A stretch of DNA of 45,585 bases from a virus: positions 1 through 45,585 of IMG/VR virus record IMGVR_UViG_3300037424_001778; one strand, written 5' to 3'. The position numbers and the translations under genes were made by a program. Shown here in pieces: positions 1-9,652 of this stretch; position 1 is the stretch's first letter; every line of letters begins with the position of its first letter. A model generated the notes under the pieces. The model made no database searches, was not told the DNA's origin, and worked only from the letters and a program-made list of their open reading frames with translations.

Positions 1-57
1 CTTGTTGAGGGTGTGGAGGAAGCTGCGGGCTGCACCGAGGATTTCGTAGTGGCTCAT
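1..57 (-). CDS. 5' part of a duplicate of the 213-419 gene (truncated by window edge)
   Basis: MSHYEILGAARSFLHTLNK identical to 213-419 product. Confidence 0.6.
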   Translation of the reverse strand, partial: MSHYEILGAARSFLHTLNK

Positions 58-95
58 GTCCATCTATATACGTGAGTCCGAAGGTAGAGTCAAGC
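1..95. repeat. Direct repeat copy 1 (gene 5' end plus promoter), identical to 363-457
   Basis: 1-95 matches 363-457 exactly (period 362); runs off the window's left edge. Confidence 0.95.
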
Positions 96-212
96 CGTCT
101 CCAGAGATTTCCCTAGTCCCAAAACGACCCCGTTTCGGGCTTCTACAAAAGCTAAGTGCCTGGAATCCTTATGTAGGACACCAAGCACTCTGAAAACCCC
201 TAGGGGAAAATC

Positions 213-419
213 TCAATCGTGGTGGGTCCAGCAACGCCGATTAATTTCGGCGAACACCGCAGCGAGGGCTCCAGCCTTGGGCTCCAGCCTCTCGGCGTAG
301 TGAGAGTCGTTCACTTCGTTGGCGAGGGTTTGATAGACCTTGTCGAGGTCGGCAGCGGACGCCTTGTTGAGGGTGTGGAGGAAGCTGCGGGCTGCACCGA
401 GGATTTCGTAGTGGCTCAT
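213..419 (-). CDS. Hypothetical protein
   Basis: ORF directly behind TTGACT-N17-TATATA promoter. Confidence 0.7.
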   Translation of the reverse strand: MSHYEILGAARSFLHTLNKASAADLDKVYQTLANEVNDSHYAERLEPKAGALAAVFAEINRRCWTHHD

Positions 420-457
420 GTCCATCTATATACGTGAGTCCGAAGGTAGAGTCAAGC
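363..457. repeat. Direct repeat copy 2; partial third copy at 652-682
   Basis: Exact match to 1-95; tcatgtccatctatatacgtgagtccgaagg recurs at 652-682. Confidence 0.95.
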
Positions 458-655
458 GGAAGCGGCGTGTTTCACGTCTTCAGCTGTTGAGCTGTTGAAG
501 CTACAGTATCGAAGCCATGCTACTGGATTGCCGAATCCCAACAGAATCAACTTCCTGCGCATCCTATACGTATCTGGGTCCAGTTCGGGTCGGTCCACCT
601 CCAAAAGAGCCAGGCGGTATTCGATGAGTTGTGCCAGTGTGGGTTTGTCGTTCAT
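452..655 (-). CDS. Hypothetical protein
   Basis: ATGA-coupled to 652-909. Confidence 0.65.
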   Translation of the reverse strand: MNDKPTLAQLIEYRLALLEVDRPELDPDTYRMRRKLILLGFGNPVAWLRYCSFNSSTAEDVKHAASA

Positions 656-909
656 GTCCATCTATATACGTGAGTCCGAAGGCGGTGTTCTAGGTACTCG
701 TCAAACTTCTTGGAGCATTCGTCCGAGCACAGATGCACTTCCGCCAACTCACCAAGGTCCACAGCGGCCCACTGGGTGGGAGTACCGCACACGGCGCACG
801 GATACACTCGCCCTGACGCTTCCAGGCCATCAACGACAGGCGGCGCCGTCGGCTCGTACTTCTCTTTGAGGGATTCGATGATGGCTGGGTACTTGTCGTT
901 GTAGTTCAT
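652..909 (-). CDS. Small Zn-finger protein
   Basis: CAVC...CSDEC; GGGAG RBS upstream. Confidence 0.7.
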   Translation of the reverse strand: MNYNDKYPAIIESLKEKYEPTAPPVVDGLEASGRVYPCAVCGTPTQWAAVDLGELAEVHLCSDECSKKFDEYLEHRLRTHVYRWT

Positions 910-987
910 GGCCTATGCTCCCGACTTGTAGATGATTTCGCACTTGGTTAGAAATTGAGCCAGTGACGTTACCCCACGGGGCCGCTC

Positions 988-1302
988 TCAGCTTGCGTCA
1001 CACGAACCGGCGACGAGAGTCAGTCCGCGCCGACCGGGAAGCGGGGCTTCAGTGTGGCACAGCCCGGCGGCACATGCTCGGCCCACGATCTGGTAGCCGT
1101 AGCACAGCGACCCGTGGGGTCCAACGATGCCAGCGACGTCGATCAAGGCCATCGGCCCACGACGCTCAAGGAGGTCTGCTACTCGCTGCATCTTCGGTCC
1201 GACTCGGTTGGGCTTGTTCATGTGTTTGGGGTATTGCAGTTTGGTGGTTACGACAGAGACGGTCTCGACAACGAAAGGGAAGAAATCTGTGTTTGCGTTC
1301 AT
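988..1302 (-). CDS. Hypothetical protein, possible HTH
   Basis: Leaderless behind TTGACA-N17-CATATA (1310-1338). Confidence 0.55.
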   Translation of the reverse strand: MNANTDFFPFVVETVSVVTTKLQYPKHMNKPNRVGPKMQRVADLLERRGPMALIDVAGIVGPHGSLCYGYQIVGRACAAGLCHTEAPLPGRRGLTLVAGSCDAS

Positions 1303-1341
1303 GGGTATCTATATGCCAGGGTTCGGATTGTCTGTCAACTC

Positions 1342-1473
1342 TCAAAGTCCCAAGCAGCCGAGCCCTAGGGCGTGAGCCACCTTGTCGGCGATGACCCAGG
1401 CCAAACCCCCAAACAGCCCCAAGCGCATCAACATGATTTTGGTCTTAATCTGCAATCGGTTGAGGGTTTTCAT
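1342..1473 (-). CDS. Small membrane protein
   Basis: MKTLNRLQIK..LGLFGGLAWVIA; AAGGA RBS; ATGA overlap. Confidence 0.5.
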   Translation of the reverse strand: MKTLNRLQIKTKIMLMRLGLFGGLAWVIADKVAHALGLGCLGL

Positions 1474-1559
1474 GGCATTTCCTTGAGAAGGGTTATGAAC
1501 TCCGGGCAGGACGCATTGCTCCAGGCCCAGCGGATGACGTATTGGGTCGGCTCGCTCAT
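1470..1559 (-). CDS. 29-aa leaderless peptide MSEPTQYVIRW...
   Basis: ATG 7 nt after TTGACA-N17-TAGATG. Confidence 0.4.
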   Translation of the reverse strand: MSEPTQYVIRWAWSNASCPEFITLLKEMP

Positions 1560-1602
1560 GGACCAACATCTACCATCCCCACGTCCAGGTGTCAAGCCCG
1601 GA

Positions 1603-1608
1603 TAATCT
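1603..1608 (+). promoter_or_regulatory. Putative late promoter RTAATCT (also at 4219, 6238, 9563, 14141, 20346, 21937, 27052, 28091, 29362, 30372, 33868, 37320, 40058, 44281)
   Basis: 15 copies, all preceded by a purine, 14 upstream of + strand genes and one internal to 28104-30374; 7 lie 7-8 nt before the ATG. Confidence 0.8.
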
Positions 1609-1616
1609 ATCCACAC

Positions 1617-2000
1617 ATGAAGGATTGGTACAAAAACCCCATTCTGAAGGACTCCGATTACGACGCCCTCGAGACAGCAGCGGCCCTGAAGGAGTTTGGC
1701 GAAGGTACGCCCAGAAGTCAAGCGGAAAAAGAATCTTATAAAGAGTATAAGCGCACCCAGCACCTTCAAGCGTCGGCGCATCATTTGCGCGGAATGCGTA
1801 TGGCCCAAGCTGGTGGAGACTTGGACGAAGCTCGAATGCACGGTGAAGCCTACAGCCACCACATGGATGCTCTGGGGCTTGACGCTACCGACCAAGTTCC
1901 TGACGAAGTCAAAGCCCTCCTAGAGGCTGAAGACAAGCCTAAACAATACAAGTTCAAAGCACACGGTGCTGACGCTTTTTTGCTCCCCAAAGAGGAATAA
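1617..2000 (+). CDS. Late hypothetical protein
   Basis: ATG 8 nt after TAATCT; co-oriented with fibre cluster. Confidence 0.8.
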   Translation: MKDWYKNPILKDSDYDALETAAALKEFGEGTPRSQAEKESYKEYKRTQHLQASAHHLRGMRMAQAGGDLDEARMHGEAYSHHMDALGLDATDQVPDEVKALLEAEDKPKQYKFKAHGADAFLLPKEE

Positions 2001-2003
2001 TCC

Positions 2004-3500
2004 ATGCCCATTACATATTACACCCACCGGACATTAAGCGACATCGTTGGCCCTCCTTCAGCCCAAGACATCGCCGATGCCATCAACTCAGCCGCAACCA
2101 CTACGTGGGGTAGCATCACCGGCACTCTTTCGAACCAGACAGACCTACAAGCCTCCCTTAATGGCAAGGTCGGTGAGAATGCTCCCATCACTGCAGGCAC
2201 CAATACCAAAATCACCTACGATGCAAAGGGCCTTGTAACTGCAGGCGCTGCAGCTACCACAGCCGACATCGCAGACAGTACTGACGCTCGGTACGTGACC
2301 GACGCCCAGCTCGTTGTAATTGCCAACACGTCCGGAACCAACACTGGCGACCAGCCGCAAATGGAATACGCCACAAACACTTTGTGGGTAGACGGAGGCC
2401 GCACAGACACATACACCGAAAACGGCTCACCGGCCTTCCCTTTCAAGACCATACAGGCTGCAATCAACTCCATCTCAGGCAGCGGTCCAACCAACCCCTT
2501 CGTTGTCCAAGCGGAAGCCGGAGTGTACACCGAGGACGTCACACTAGCTAAGCCCTACGTGACCATCTCCGGAGACACTACTTGGGGCACTGTCATCAAC
2601 GGAGCTTTCCTAGTGGCGCCTGACGGCTCTCCCTGGAATACGACGATTTCTGAGATTGGAATCGCTTCGGGCAGCTTCACGGTCCATGGCAACAGTACAA
2701 TGGGAGGGAACGTCCCCAGAATCTATGTGTATGATTCTCGCATCGCTGCCCCGGTTACATTCACCCAAGACAACTCAGCTGGCTCGCTCATTCTATACGT
2801 GTTCGACGTTATCTTCACTGGCGCCATGGCCATTCAGAACGGTACGTCTGTGTGGTTCTATGACTGTCACGGGACATCACAGGCCACTACGATTACCGAT
2901 GCGAGCGCTGTGCAGTATTACGGTGGGTCCACCCAGTCAGCCATCTCTCTGTCCGGGGCCAACGCCTACCTTTCGATGTCTTGTATCGGTCGCAAGGCGA
3001 TGGAGACTCCGTTCTCTGTTACTGGCACGGATGCAACTCAAGCCATCACGCTCGACCCAATCTCACTCGGCAACTGCACGCTTACGGCTGGGCCCGCTGT
3101 ATTGACTCTAATTGGTCAGGCTGACGCCACACATGCTGGCTCAGTGTCAACCACAGGCCAGACCTTTGGTGGGGCCAAGCGAGTAGCCGAAGTCGCCCTG
3201 ACGTCGACCGGTGGGTCCATCGCTGTCGACCTCAACCTAGCAAACGACTTCCGCCATACCACGACTGAAGACACAACCCTAGCCGCCCCAACAAACGCCG
3301 TCGCAGGGCAGTCTGGTTCGATTGCCATCACGGGAGGAGCGATTCCCCGAACGATGGCATTCAATACGTTCTGGGTCTTCGCTGGTGGTACGGTTCCCAC
3401 ATTGACAGCTACAGCAGGTGCGGTCGACATGCTTGTCTATAGAGTGCTGCCTGGAGCCACCACCGCATTTTGCCAACTCTTGAAAGACGGTAAGCGCTAA
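2004..3500 (+). CDS. Tail fibre/spike-like protein, probable beta-helix
   Basis: T/G/A-rich; PFKTIQAAIN..GVYTEDV beta-helix entry motif; shared ITYDAKGLVT module. Confidence 0.8.
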   Translation: MPITYYTHRTLSDIVGPPSAQDIADAINSAATTTWGSITGTLSNQTDLQASLNGKVGENAPITAGTNTKITYDAKGLVTAGAAATTADIADSTDARYVTDAQLVVIANTSGTNTGDQPQMEYATNTLWVDGGRTDTYTENGSPAFPFKTIQAAINSISGSGPTNPFVVQAEAGVYTEDVTLAKPYVTISGDTTWGTVINGAFLVAPDGSPWNTTISEIGIASGSFTVHGNSTMGGNVPRIYVYDSRIAAPVTFTQDNSAGSLILYVFDVIFTGAMAIQNGTSVWFYDCHGTSQATTITDASAVQYYGGSTQSAISLSGANAYLSMSCIGRKAMETPFSVTGTDATQAITLDPISLGNCTLTAGPAVLTLIGQADATHAGSVSTTGQTFGGAKRVAEVALTSTGGSIAVDLNLANDFRHTTTEDTTLAAPTNAVAGQSGSIAITGGAIPRTMAFNTFWVFAGGTVPTLTATAGAVDMLVYRVLPGATTAFCQLLKDGKR

Positions 3501-4201
3501 TGTTTAGCTCCATTTGTATGCTCTTCGGTGGTGAGGCTGGCCCACCCCCAAACCCACTGTGGAATGGGTTGCAATTCTATTACAAAATGGACGGCAATTC
3601 GCACGAAGAGCTAGGTGGTACGAACGGCACCGATACGAACGTCCTATACGATTCGGCATACGGCAAAATCAACCAGGGCGGCGACTTCGACGGCAGCACT
3701 AGCCAAATCGTTACGACGGTCAGCCCTACCGTATTGGGAGCTAGCTCGCGGACTTCAAGCGTGTGGGTAAAGAGTACGATGTCGGGAGGCGCGCTCACTG
3801 TGATGCCGATATTTGGGTATGGCAGTCCTTTGCCCCAGGGCATGTGGACGCCCACAATCCATCATATGGAAATGGGCGGACCCATAATGGAGACGTTCGT
3901 ACTAGACTTAGGAGGGACGATAGTTTTGGGGCCGTTGACTATGGTCATGGGGGCATGGCACCATGTAGTTTGGGTATATGACGGCGTCAACGCCACATGT
4001 TATCTAGACAACGTCGCCTGGACGCCTACCGCCGCCGCTCCGAACACAGCTAGCGGGGTGCTGGGTATCGGCAAGGCGCCATTGGGCCTGAATAAATTCA
4101 AAGGCGACATCGATGAAATCGCCATGTGGGATAGGGTGCTCACCCCAGCCGAAATAACTGAACTGTACAACGCTGGAGCTGGAAAGCAGTACCCAACCTA
4201 A
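3500..4201 (+). CDS. LamG/concanavalin A-like domain protein
   Basis: WHHVVWVYDG, FKGDIDEIAMWDRVLTPAEITELYN. Confidence 0.9.
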   Translation: MFSSICMLFGGEAGPPPNPLWNGLQFYYKMDGNSHEELGGTNGTDTNVLYDSAYGKINQGGDFDGSTSQIVTTVSPTVLGASSRTSSVWVKSTMSGGALTVMPIFGYGSPLPQGMWTPTIHHMEMGGPIMETFVLDLGGTIVLGPLTMVMGAWHHVVWVYDGVNATCYLDNVAWTPTAAAPNTASGVLGIGKAPLGLNKFKGDIDEIAMWDRVLTPAEITELYNAGAGKQYPT

Positions 4202-4252
4202 TCGGGCTCTTAGTCGGATAATCTAAGATTCGACCAGCACCGAGCGGAGTAC

Positions 4253-5602
4253 ATGCGCACCCACACCAAGCAGCTATCTCAGTCTGGAGCGTCCCTAGGA
4301 CAAGGTGTCGTGTGGGACGGCGATGTGTGGCAGCCCACCGAGACAAAGGATTTGGCAGGTTTCGAGAACCGCACTGATTCTACTTTAGCATTCAACAACA
4401 CCAACCGCATCTTTACGATTTCTGGCGCCTACAACGTATACTTTCAAAATATCAAATATTCCATTACGTCACCACTAACCATCGAAGTCCCAAACGTCGT
4501 AGGTTTTTATTACATCTATCTTACATCCAGCGGGCTCAACATCTCTACGTCTGTTTGGGAAATCACAACCAACCTAGCAGCCCCTACCGCAACCGTCTAT
4601 TGGAATGGCACCGAGGGCGAACTTTCGGACGAACGACACTCATACAAGCGAGACCGACAACTACACAAATACCTGCACTACACCCGAGGCGCAGCTTGGG
4701 GCTATGGATACGGAGGGACCTTCGGCAATGCATCTTTTTCTATCGCGACTGGGATTTTGTGGGACGAAGACATACAACTCAACGTAACCGGACCGCTGAC
4801 TACATGTAGGCTGTGGTACCGCAACTCCTCCAACCAGATGCAGTTTGAAAGCACCATCTCGACCCCCTACAAAGCTGTAGCTTCCGTTCTGAAATACGAC
4901 AATGCGGGCACGCTCACAGACGTCCCAAACAACAACTATGTCAAGAACTGGGTTTACGCGACCAATGCAGTTGACTACCCAATATCTGTAGTCGTAGGCC
5001 AATCACAAGGAAATCTAGCTAACACACGAGCCGCCGCACAGCCCAATTTTCCCAATTTGACCACCCAAGAATGGAAGCTGCTGTATTCGGTCGTCTACCG
5101 ACGTACGGGCGGAACCACTATTACCTTCATCGAATCGACCGACTATCGCACCTCTGTCTCTCTCCCCAACGCCACCGCCACCGCCCTTCCTGCTGCATCC
5201 GTCACTTACACGCCTACAGGCAACATCACATCCATCGATGTTCAGGCAGGACTTAGCGAACTCGATGGCTTGATGGTACATTTGGCCGGCACCGAAGTCA
5301 TCACCGGTTCCAAACAGTTCGACGCCAAGCTCGTACGCACAGGCACCGACTCTTCAGGAACTCCAGGTGACGCAATTATAAATAAGCCGTCTGGTATTTC
5401 CGCCATAGCGTCAGGCCAAACGACCTGCACCATAACCAACTCTCTTGCCGCGACTACGAGTCAGATATCTATATCTTGGTTCGGGGACCACGGAGCGGCC
5501 CGAAGCTGGACCGTCCGCAATTCTGGCAACTTCGTGGTGACGCTATCTGCGGCTGCCAGTGCTGATACTGCTTTTGGGTGGAGCGTCGAAGAGATAGGGT
5601 AA
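4253..5602 (+). CDS. Fibre/appendage protein
   Basis: N-terminal KQLSQSGA module; C-terminal GDHGAARSW module shared with neighbours. Confidence 0.75.
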   Translation: MRTHTKQLSQSGASLGQGVVWDGDVWQPTETKDLAGFENRTDSTLAFNNTNRIFTISGAYNVYFQNIKYSITSPLTIEVPNVVGFYYIYLTSSGLNISTSVWEITTNLAAPTATVYWNGTEGELSDERHSYKRDRQLHKYLHYTRGAAWGYGYGGTFGNASFSIATGILWDEDIQLNVTGPLTTCRLWYRNSSNQMQFESTISTPYKAVASVLKYDNAGTLTDVPNNNYVKNWVYATNAVDYPISVVVGQSQGNLANTRAAAQPNFPNLTTQEWKLLYSVVYRRTGGTTITFIESTDYRTSVSLPNATATALPAASVTYTPTGNITSIDVQAGLSELDGLMVHLAGTEVITGSKQFDAKLVRTGTDSSGTPGDAIINKPSGISAIASGQTTCTITNSLAATTSQISISWFGDHGAARSWTVRNSGNFVVTLSAAASADTAFGWSVEEIG

Positions 5603-5603
5603 C

Positions 5604-6197
5604 CTACTTCGGGTCACACAGCGATGCTTTGTTCTTGTACCAGTTCGACAAATCCTCGCCCCAGCCAGCATCGATGAGGTTGTACTTGATATTTAAAGGG
5701 AGTGTGCTCTTGCAGTAAAACAGCTTGCCTGCTGTGGGGTCTAGGCCGTAAACCTCGTGGCTGTAGAACGAACTCAGGGCGTAGCGTCCATTGATGTCCC
5801 AATCGGCGTGTCCGTCACCCAGCGGGAATCCACTGTCATTGTAGTCCTTGATATGGAACATCTCGTGTACCAGAGACATCATTCCCACATCTACGTCTAC
5901 CGACCCACCGATGTAGTATGCCACCCCTCCGACTCCGACCCCGAAAATCTCCCAGGCGTGGACATTGTAGACGAAGAGTTCGACACCTGGAGCTTCGGCC
6001 GTGAAGTCTTCGTACAACTTCGAGTCTTCCATCAAGTCCCGTGCCAGCCGAGCCCGCTCCGAGATTTGGGCGCAGGTCAGCTTCACCCCATCTTCGATGC
6101 CAATCTTGCCGAAGATGGGGTCGGGGCAGTTGAAGTAATACCCGCCCTCACACCCGACCAGGACAACTGCACACGCTGCGATGATTTTCGAGTTCAT
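5604..6197 (-). CDS. Lipoprotein with HExxH motif (possible Zn peptidase)
   Basis: Lipobox LVGC; VHEMFH; leaderless TTGACA-N17-TAGAAG promoter. Confidence 0.7.
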   Translation of the reverse strand: MNSKIIAACAVVLVGCEGGYYFNCPDPIFGKIGIEDGVKLTCAQISERARLARDLMEDSKLYEDFTAEAPGVELFVYNVHAWEIFGVGVGGVAYYIGGSVDVDVGMMSLVHEMFHIKDYNDSGFPLGDGHADWDINGRYALSSFYSHEVYGLDPTAGKLFYCKSTLPLNIKYNLIDAGWGEDLSNWYKNKASLCDPK

Positions 6198-6251
6198 GGA
6201 TAACTTCTACAGTGCTTGGGGGAGAATGTCAAGCCCATAATCTAGATTTCG

Positions 6252-7994
6252 ATGGCACGAGCAATTTTAGACATCCCGGGTGCGTATCCAGAATACACGG
6301 TCTATGACCCTGGCGCTAGCAATGGCGGGGCTTCTGCCGGTCAAAGAGGTCCCCCGGGTCCGCCAGGACCTCAAGGGCCACAGGGTATTCAAGGCCCAGT
6401 TGGCAGTCAAGGTCCACAAGGTGACCCAGGCCCAGCAGGCCCGCCGGGTCCAGCCGGACCCCCAGGCACGGGCCTTGAGGGTTGGATTATCATCAACGAC
6501 ATCGCGGTCACAGGCGGCGGCGTAGCTTCCGACAAGACCTTCGAAGACCCACCAGGCAATACGGTCCTTCAGTCATGCACCATTTCTGGGCTGACCCTCA
6601 ATGTCTTTGTTCGTGCATCATACCCAATCGTGACCATCGACGCAACCCCAGCAACCCTGACCCGAGACGTCAGTGGCGGGTTCTATTCTGGTACCGTGGC
6701 CGTAACCGTAGCGGGTTCTGGCGATTTGGTGGCCCGAGTCACTTCACCCGATGGCAACCCTGGTGCAGCCGACACAGCCGTCCTCACCTACGACGCTCCT
6801 CCCACAATTCTTACACTCGCTTTCACGGGCGGGTATCCAGGTTCACAGACTGAGCTAAAAGCAGGCGACACTTTCCAGGTTTCCGGTACAACTGACGTCC
6901 CCACGAATGGGGTCGAGGTCCAGAACTTTGGAGCTGGCGTCCTGCAGACTATCGCGTGTGGTTTGTCGACGAACTTTAGCGTCACAATCACCATCGCCGA
7001 CAGAGGTACCACACCTCAAGCCCTGGCGGCCCGCCTCAAAGCCAAGAACGTTGCTGGCGCGTATGGAGCCACAGCCGACACCTCCAACACCGTTGTGCTG
7101 TGCAATCTTTATCCGACAGCTACGTGGGGAGCCAAGACTTACCCGGGCTCGCAACTCGCGTTGAAGAACTCTGAGTCGGCCACGGTCGGTATTACATTAG
7201 CCAACCTAGACACGGTTACTTTTACGTCTCCCAACGGCGACGTGTCAATAGCCAACCCGACCCTCATCGAAGCCACCAAGACCGTCACTCGCATTGCCGG
7301 GACATACAACATCTCGACAACCAACCTTCGTGCCTTCGCGACTCGAGCAGCAAACGCAGCCAGCACCACCGGAGACACGGTAGTCAGTATCGCCAACGTA
7401 GCTCCAACGGTTGGTGTAGCCACACCAGCAACCCGCCTTCGCTCTGGGGGCAACGATGGGACCGCACTCCAAAACCACACAATTACTTTGACTGCCGACC
7501 AACAGCTCTTAAGCGCGCCTACGATGCTTGAAGGTGCTGGTGGAGGCACATTCATCGGTAGCTGGGCTGGCGGGCCTTCAGTTTGGACTCGCGCTCTGAC
7601 TGTCCATGACAACGACGTCAAGGCCAGCTACGCCTTCGACGGACTCGTAGCTACAGGACTCGCAGGCCTAGTGCAGAACTCGATTGGCTCTGGCTCAACA
7701 TACGTACTCGGTGGCTTTGTGGCCAGGGATTTGACTTTCCCCGCCTTCAGTCAAACCACGACCATGAACGTGGCGGTAGTTACCTACTCGAAGCTCACGG
7801 CCAGTATCTTCACCGCCACGAACCAGCCAGCGCTTCGCAACGCTGTGCAGGGGGACCATTCCAATATCGTAGACACGTACACCGTGGATTCGATTGGCAG
7901 CAACCCTACTAGCTTGTGGTGGAATGATGTGTCGGCGGCCAGCACTAACTCCACGGGCACAGCCCAGATTCTGTCCGTACAGGAGACCGTCTAA
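6252..7994 (+). CDS. Collagen-repeat virion protein with probable Ig-like domains
   Basis: [12 protein letters not shown] Gly-X-Y run followed by T/V/A-rich beta domains. Confidence 0.8.
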   Translation: MARAILDIPGAYPEYTVYDPGASNGGASAGQRGPPGPPGPQGPQGIQGPVGSQGPQGDPGPAGPPGPAGPPGTGLEGWIIINDIAVTGGGVASDKTFEDPPGNTVLQSCTISGLTLNVFVRASYPIVTIDATPATLTRDVSGGFYSGTVAVTVAGSGDLVARVTSPDGNPGAADTAVLTYDAPPTILTLAFTGGYPGSQTELKAGDTFQVSGTTDVPTNGVEVQNFGAGVLQTIACGLSTNFSVTITIADRGTTPQALAARLKAKNVAGAYGATADTSNTVVLCNLYPTATWGAKTYPGSQLALKNSESATVGITLANLDTVTFTSPNGDVSIANPTLIEATKTVTRIAGTYNISTTNLRAFATRAANAASTTGDTVVSIANVAPTVGVATPATRLRSGGNDGTALQNHTITLTADQQLLSAPTMLEGAGGGTFIGSWAGGPSVWTRALTVHDNDVKASYAFDGLVATGLAGLVQNSIGSGSTYVLGGFVARDLTFPAFSQTTTMNVAVVTYSKLTASIFTATNQPALRNAVQGDHSNIVDTYTVDSIGSNPTSLWWNDVSAASTNSTGTAQILSVQETV

Positions 7995-8527
7995 TGGCTA
8001 CTCCATTCGAGACATTCGTCACAACAGAACTTCCCCAACGCCCAGTTCTCCTCACCCCAGCCAACTGCGGCGGTTACGACGGCGACCCAAATGGTGGTGG
8101 CGCTCCAGCCAAGATTCAGAATTGTCCGTCCGGGACTCTCTACCTTCGTGTATCCACTACCCAGCTCTATCAGAAAATAGCCGGCCCGGGAACTTGGGTT
8201 CTGGTGGGTGGGACAAGTACGGTCGGTCTATCAGACGACAACCGCAACATGGCGGCGAGCGTCACAGCCAGCGATGGCGACTTGGCTTGTGTGACCGCAC
8301 TGGCCGTAACCCTTCCTGGTTGGGTTGAGGTGCTAGCTAACGGGCTAGGCGCTCGTCTAGGCAATGGGACCAAGGTTGGAGTTGATTGTTATTTCAGCGG
8401 AGACGGTGGCGTGACTCCTCGTGCCTCCGGCGCCCTTACGACAGGAGACCTTTTGTATTGGAATCCGACTGTGGCTGGGTTCCAACTAGCCGCCACAGAC
8501 GTAATCGACTTCATCTACAGCGTGTAA
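7994..8527 (+). CDS. Virion appendage protein
   Basis: C-terminal CYFSGD module shared with 9653 and 14168. Confidence 0.75.
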   Translation: MATPFETFVTTELPQRPVLLTPANCGGYDGDPNGGGAPAKIQNCPSGTLYLRVSTTQLYQKIAGPGTWVLVGGTSTVGLSDDNRNMAASVTASDGDLACVTALAVTLPGWVEVLANGLGARLGNGTKVGVDCYFSGDGGVTPRASGALTTGDLLYWNPTVAGFQLAATDVIDFIYSV

Positions 8528-8535
8528 GGTAACGT

Positions 8536-8856
8536 ATGAGGATACCCACAAACGAAATAGAATTCAAGCGCGCAGTAGGTAAGGTCAAAGGCAAGGTGCT
8601 GTGGCACGTCAAGACACGCGGCGGACTCCACCTCATGGCTTTGGATGGCGGCGAAGTAGTAGGCGCAGCTTCACACCGAGCCGTGGCCAGGCACATAGCC
8701 CAACAGCACGAGCCAGGTCTAGAGTGGACCGAATTGTCCAAGGGGGAGTGGGCGGCTCTTTCGGACTATGAGTTCTGTTTGCCGGAGTACCAAGAGCTAA
8801 CGGATAGAATGAGGACCCTACAAAAGAAGACGCGCTCTGGTGACGCCTGTGACTGA
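8536..8856 (+). CDS. Hypothetical late protein
   Basis: AAGG RBS; contains ELSKGE. Confidence 0.75.
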   Translation: MRIPTNEIEFKRAVGKVKGKVLWHVKTRGGLHLMALDGGEVVGAASHRAVARHIAQQHEPGLEWTELSKGEWAALSDYEFCLPEYQELTDRMRTLQKKTRSGDACD

Positions 8857-9565
8857 CCGCCAAGATGGCGTCATATACGCTCTCACCGACCCACGCTACG
8901 ATAACGTTCGTTATGTGGGTCAGACGATACGGCCAATGAAAACTCGCCTGCGTGAGCATATCAATGCGGCACGCAAGGGCGAGAAAGGCCATAAGGGGAA
9001 CTGGATACGGTCTTTGTTGGAGCTGGGTCTCGCTCCAGGATATAGGATTCTACATTCAGTTGCACGGGAGCGATTGGACGTAATGGAGGAGCTTACGGTC
9101 TCGTACTATAGATTGTATGGCTCGCAGTATCTTTTCGACCTCATCGAGGATTGCCCTTGGCCGGTCCAACCTCCCCTCACCAACGCGGCCGATGGAGGCG
9201 CGCACGGTGTAGGCATAAGCGGGCGTCACCATACACCGGAAGCCAAGGCACTTATCGGAGCGGCCTCAAAAGGAAATAAGTACGCCCAAGGCAAGGGGCG
9301 CGCCAGGTCTAGCCCAAGAACCCCAGAGCACGCTGCCAAGCTGGGTGCGGCGCGGCGAGGCAAGCCCGGTCGTATTTTTGATGTCGAGGCCCGTAGGGCT
9401 CAGTCTAGACTTAGGGGCGGCTCGCCAATAGTAGACCAATTGGGGCATCGCTACGAGACGGTCGCAGAGGCCGCTCTTGCCACCGGCTATAGCGGCGGTG
9501 CGATATCTCGAGTCGTAAGAGGTGAACGAAGGGCTATTGGTGGGCTTGTTTTCTCTAGGGTGTAA
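8840..9565 (+). CDS. GIY-YIG homing endonuclease with NUMOD3/NUMOD1-like tail
   Basis: GVIYALTDPR..RYVGQT..RLREH; HHTPEAKALI; C-terminal HTH. Confidence 0.85.
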   Translation: MTPVTDRQDGVIYALTDPRYDNVRYVGQTIRPMKTRLREHINAARKGEKGHKGNWIRSLLELGLAPGYRILHSVARERLDVMEELTVSYYRLYGSQYLFDLIEDCPWPVQPPLTNAADGGAHGVGISGRHHTPEAKALIGAASKGNKYAQGKGRARSSPRTPEHAAKLGAARRGKPGRIFDVEARRAQSRLRGGSPIVDQLGHRYETVAEAALATGYSGGAISRVVRGERRAIGGLVFSRV

Positions 9566-9652
9566 TCTTCGTAGACAGTAAACCCATCGTGGTGCGGCTC
9601 GCGTCGGTTGCATCATACTACACTTTGGCGCAATACAATAGGGGAATAGTCA

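Noticed and set aside
1-682. CRISPR array
   Set aside because: Repeats are gene/promoter duplications with long coding intervals; no repeat-spacer periodicity or cas genes
1446-1451. TAATCT as a late promoter
   Set aside because: Preceded by T rather than a purine, lies within a minus-strand gene and has no + strand gene start nearby
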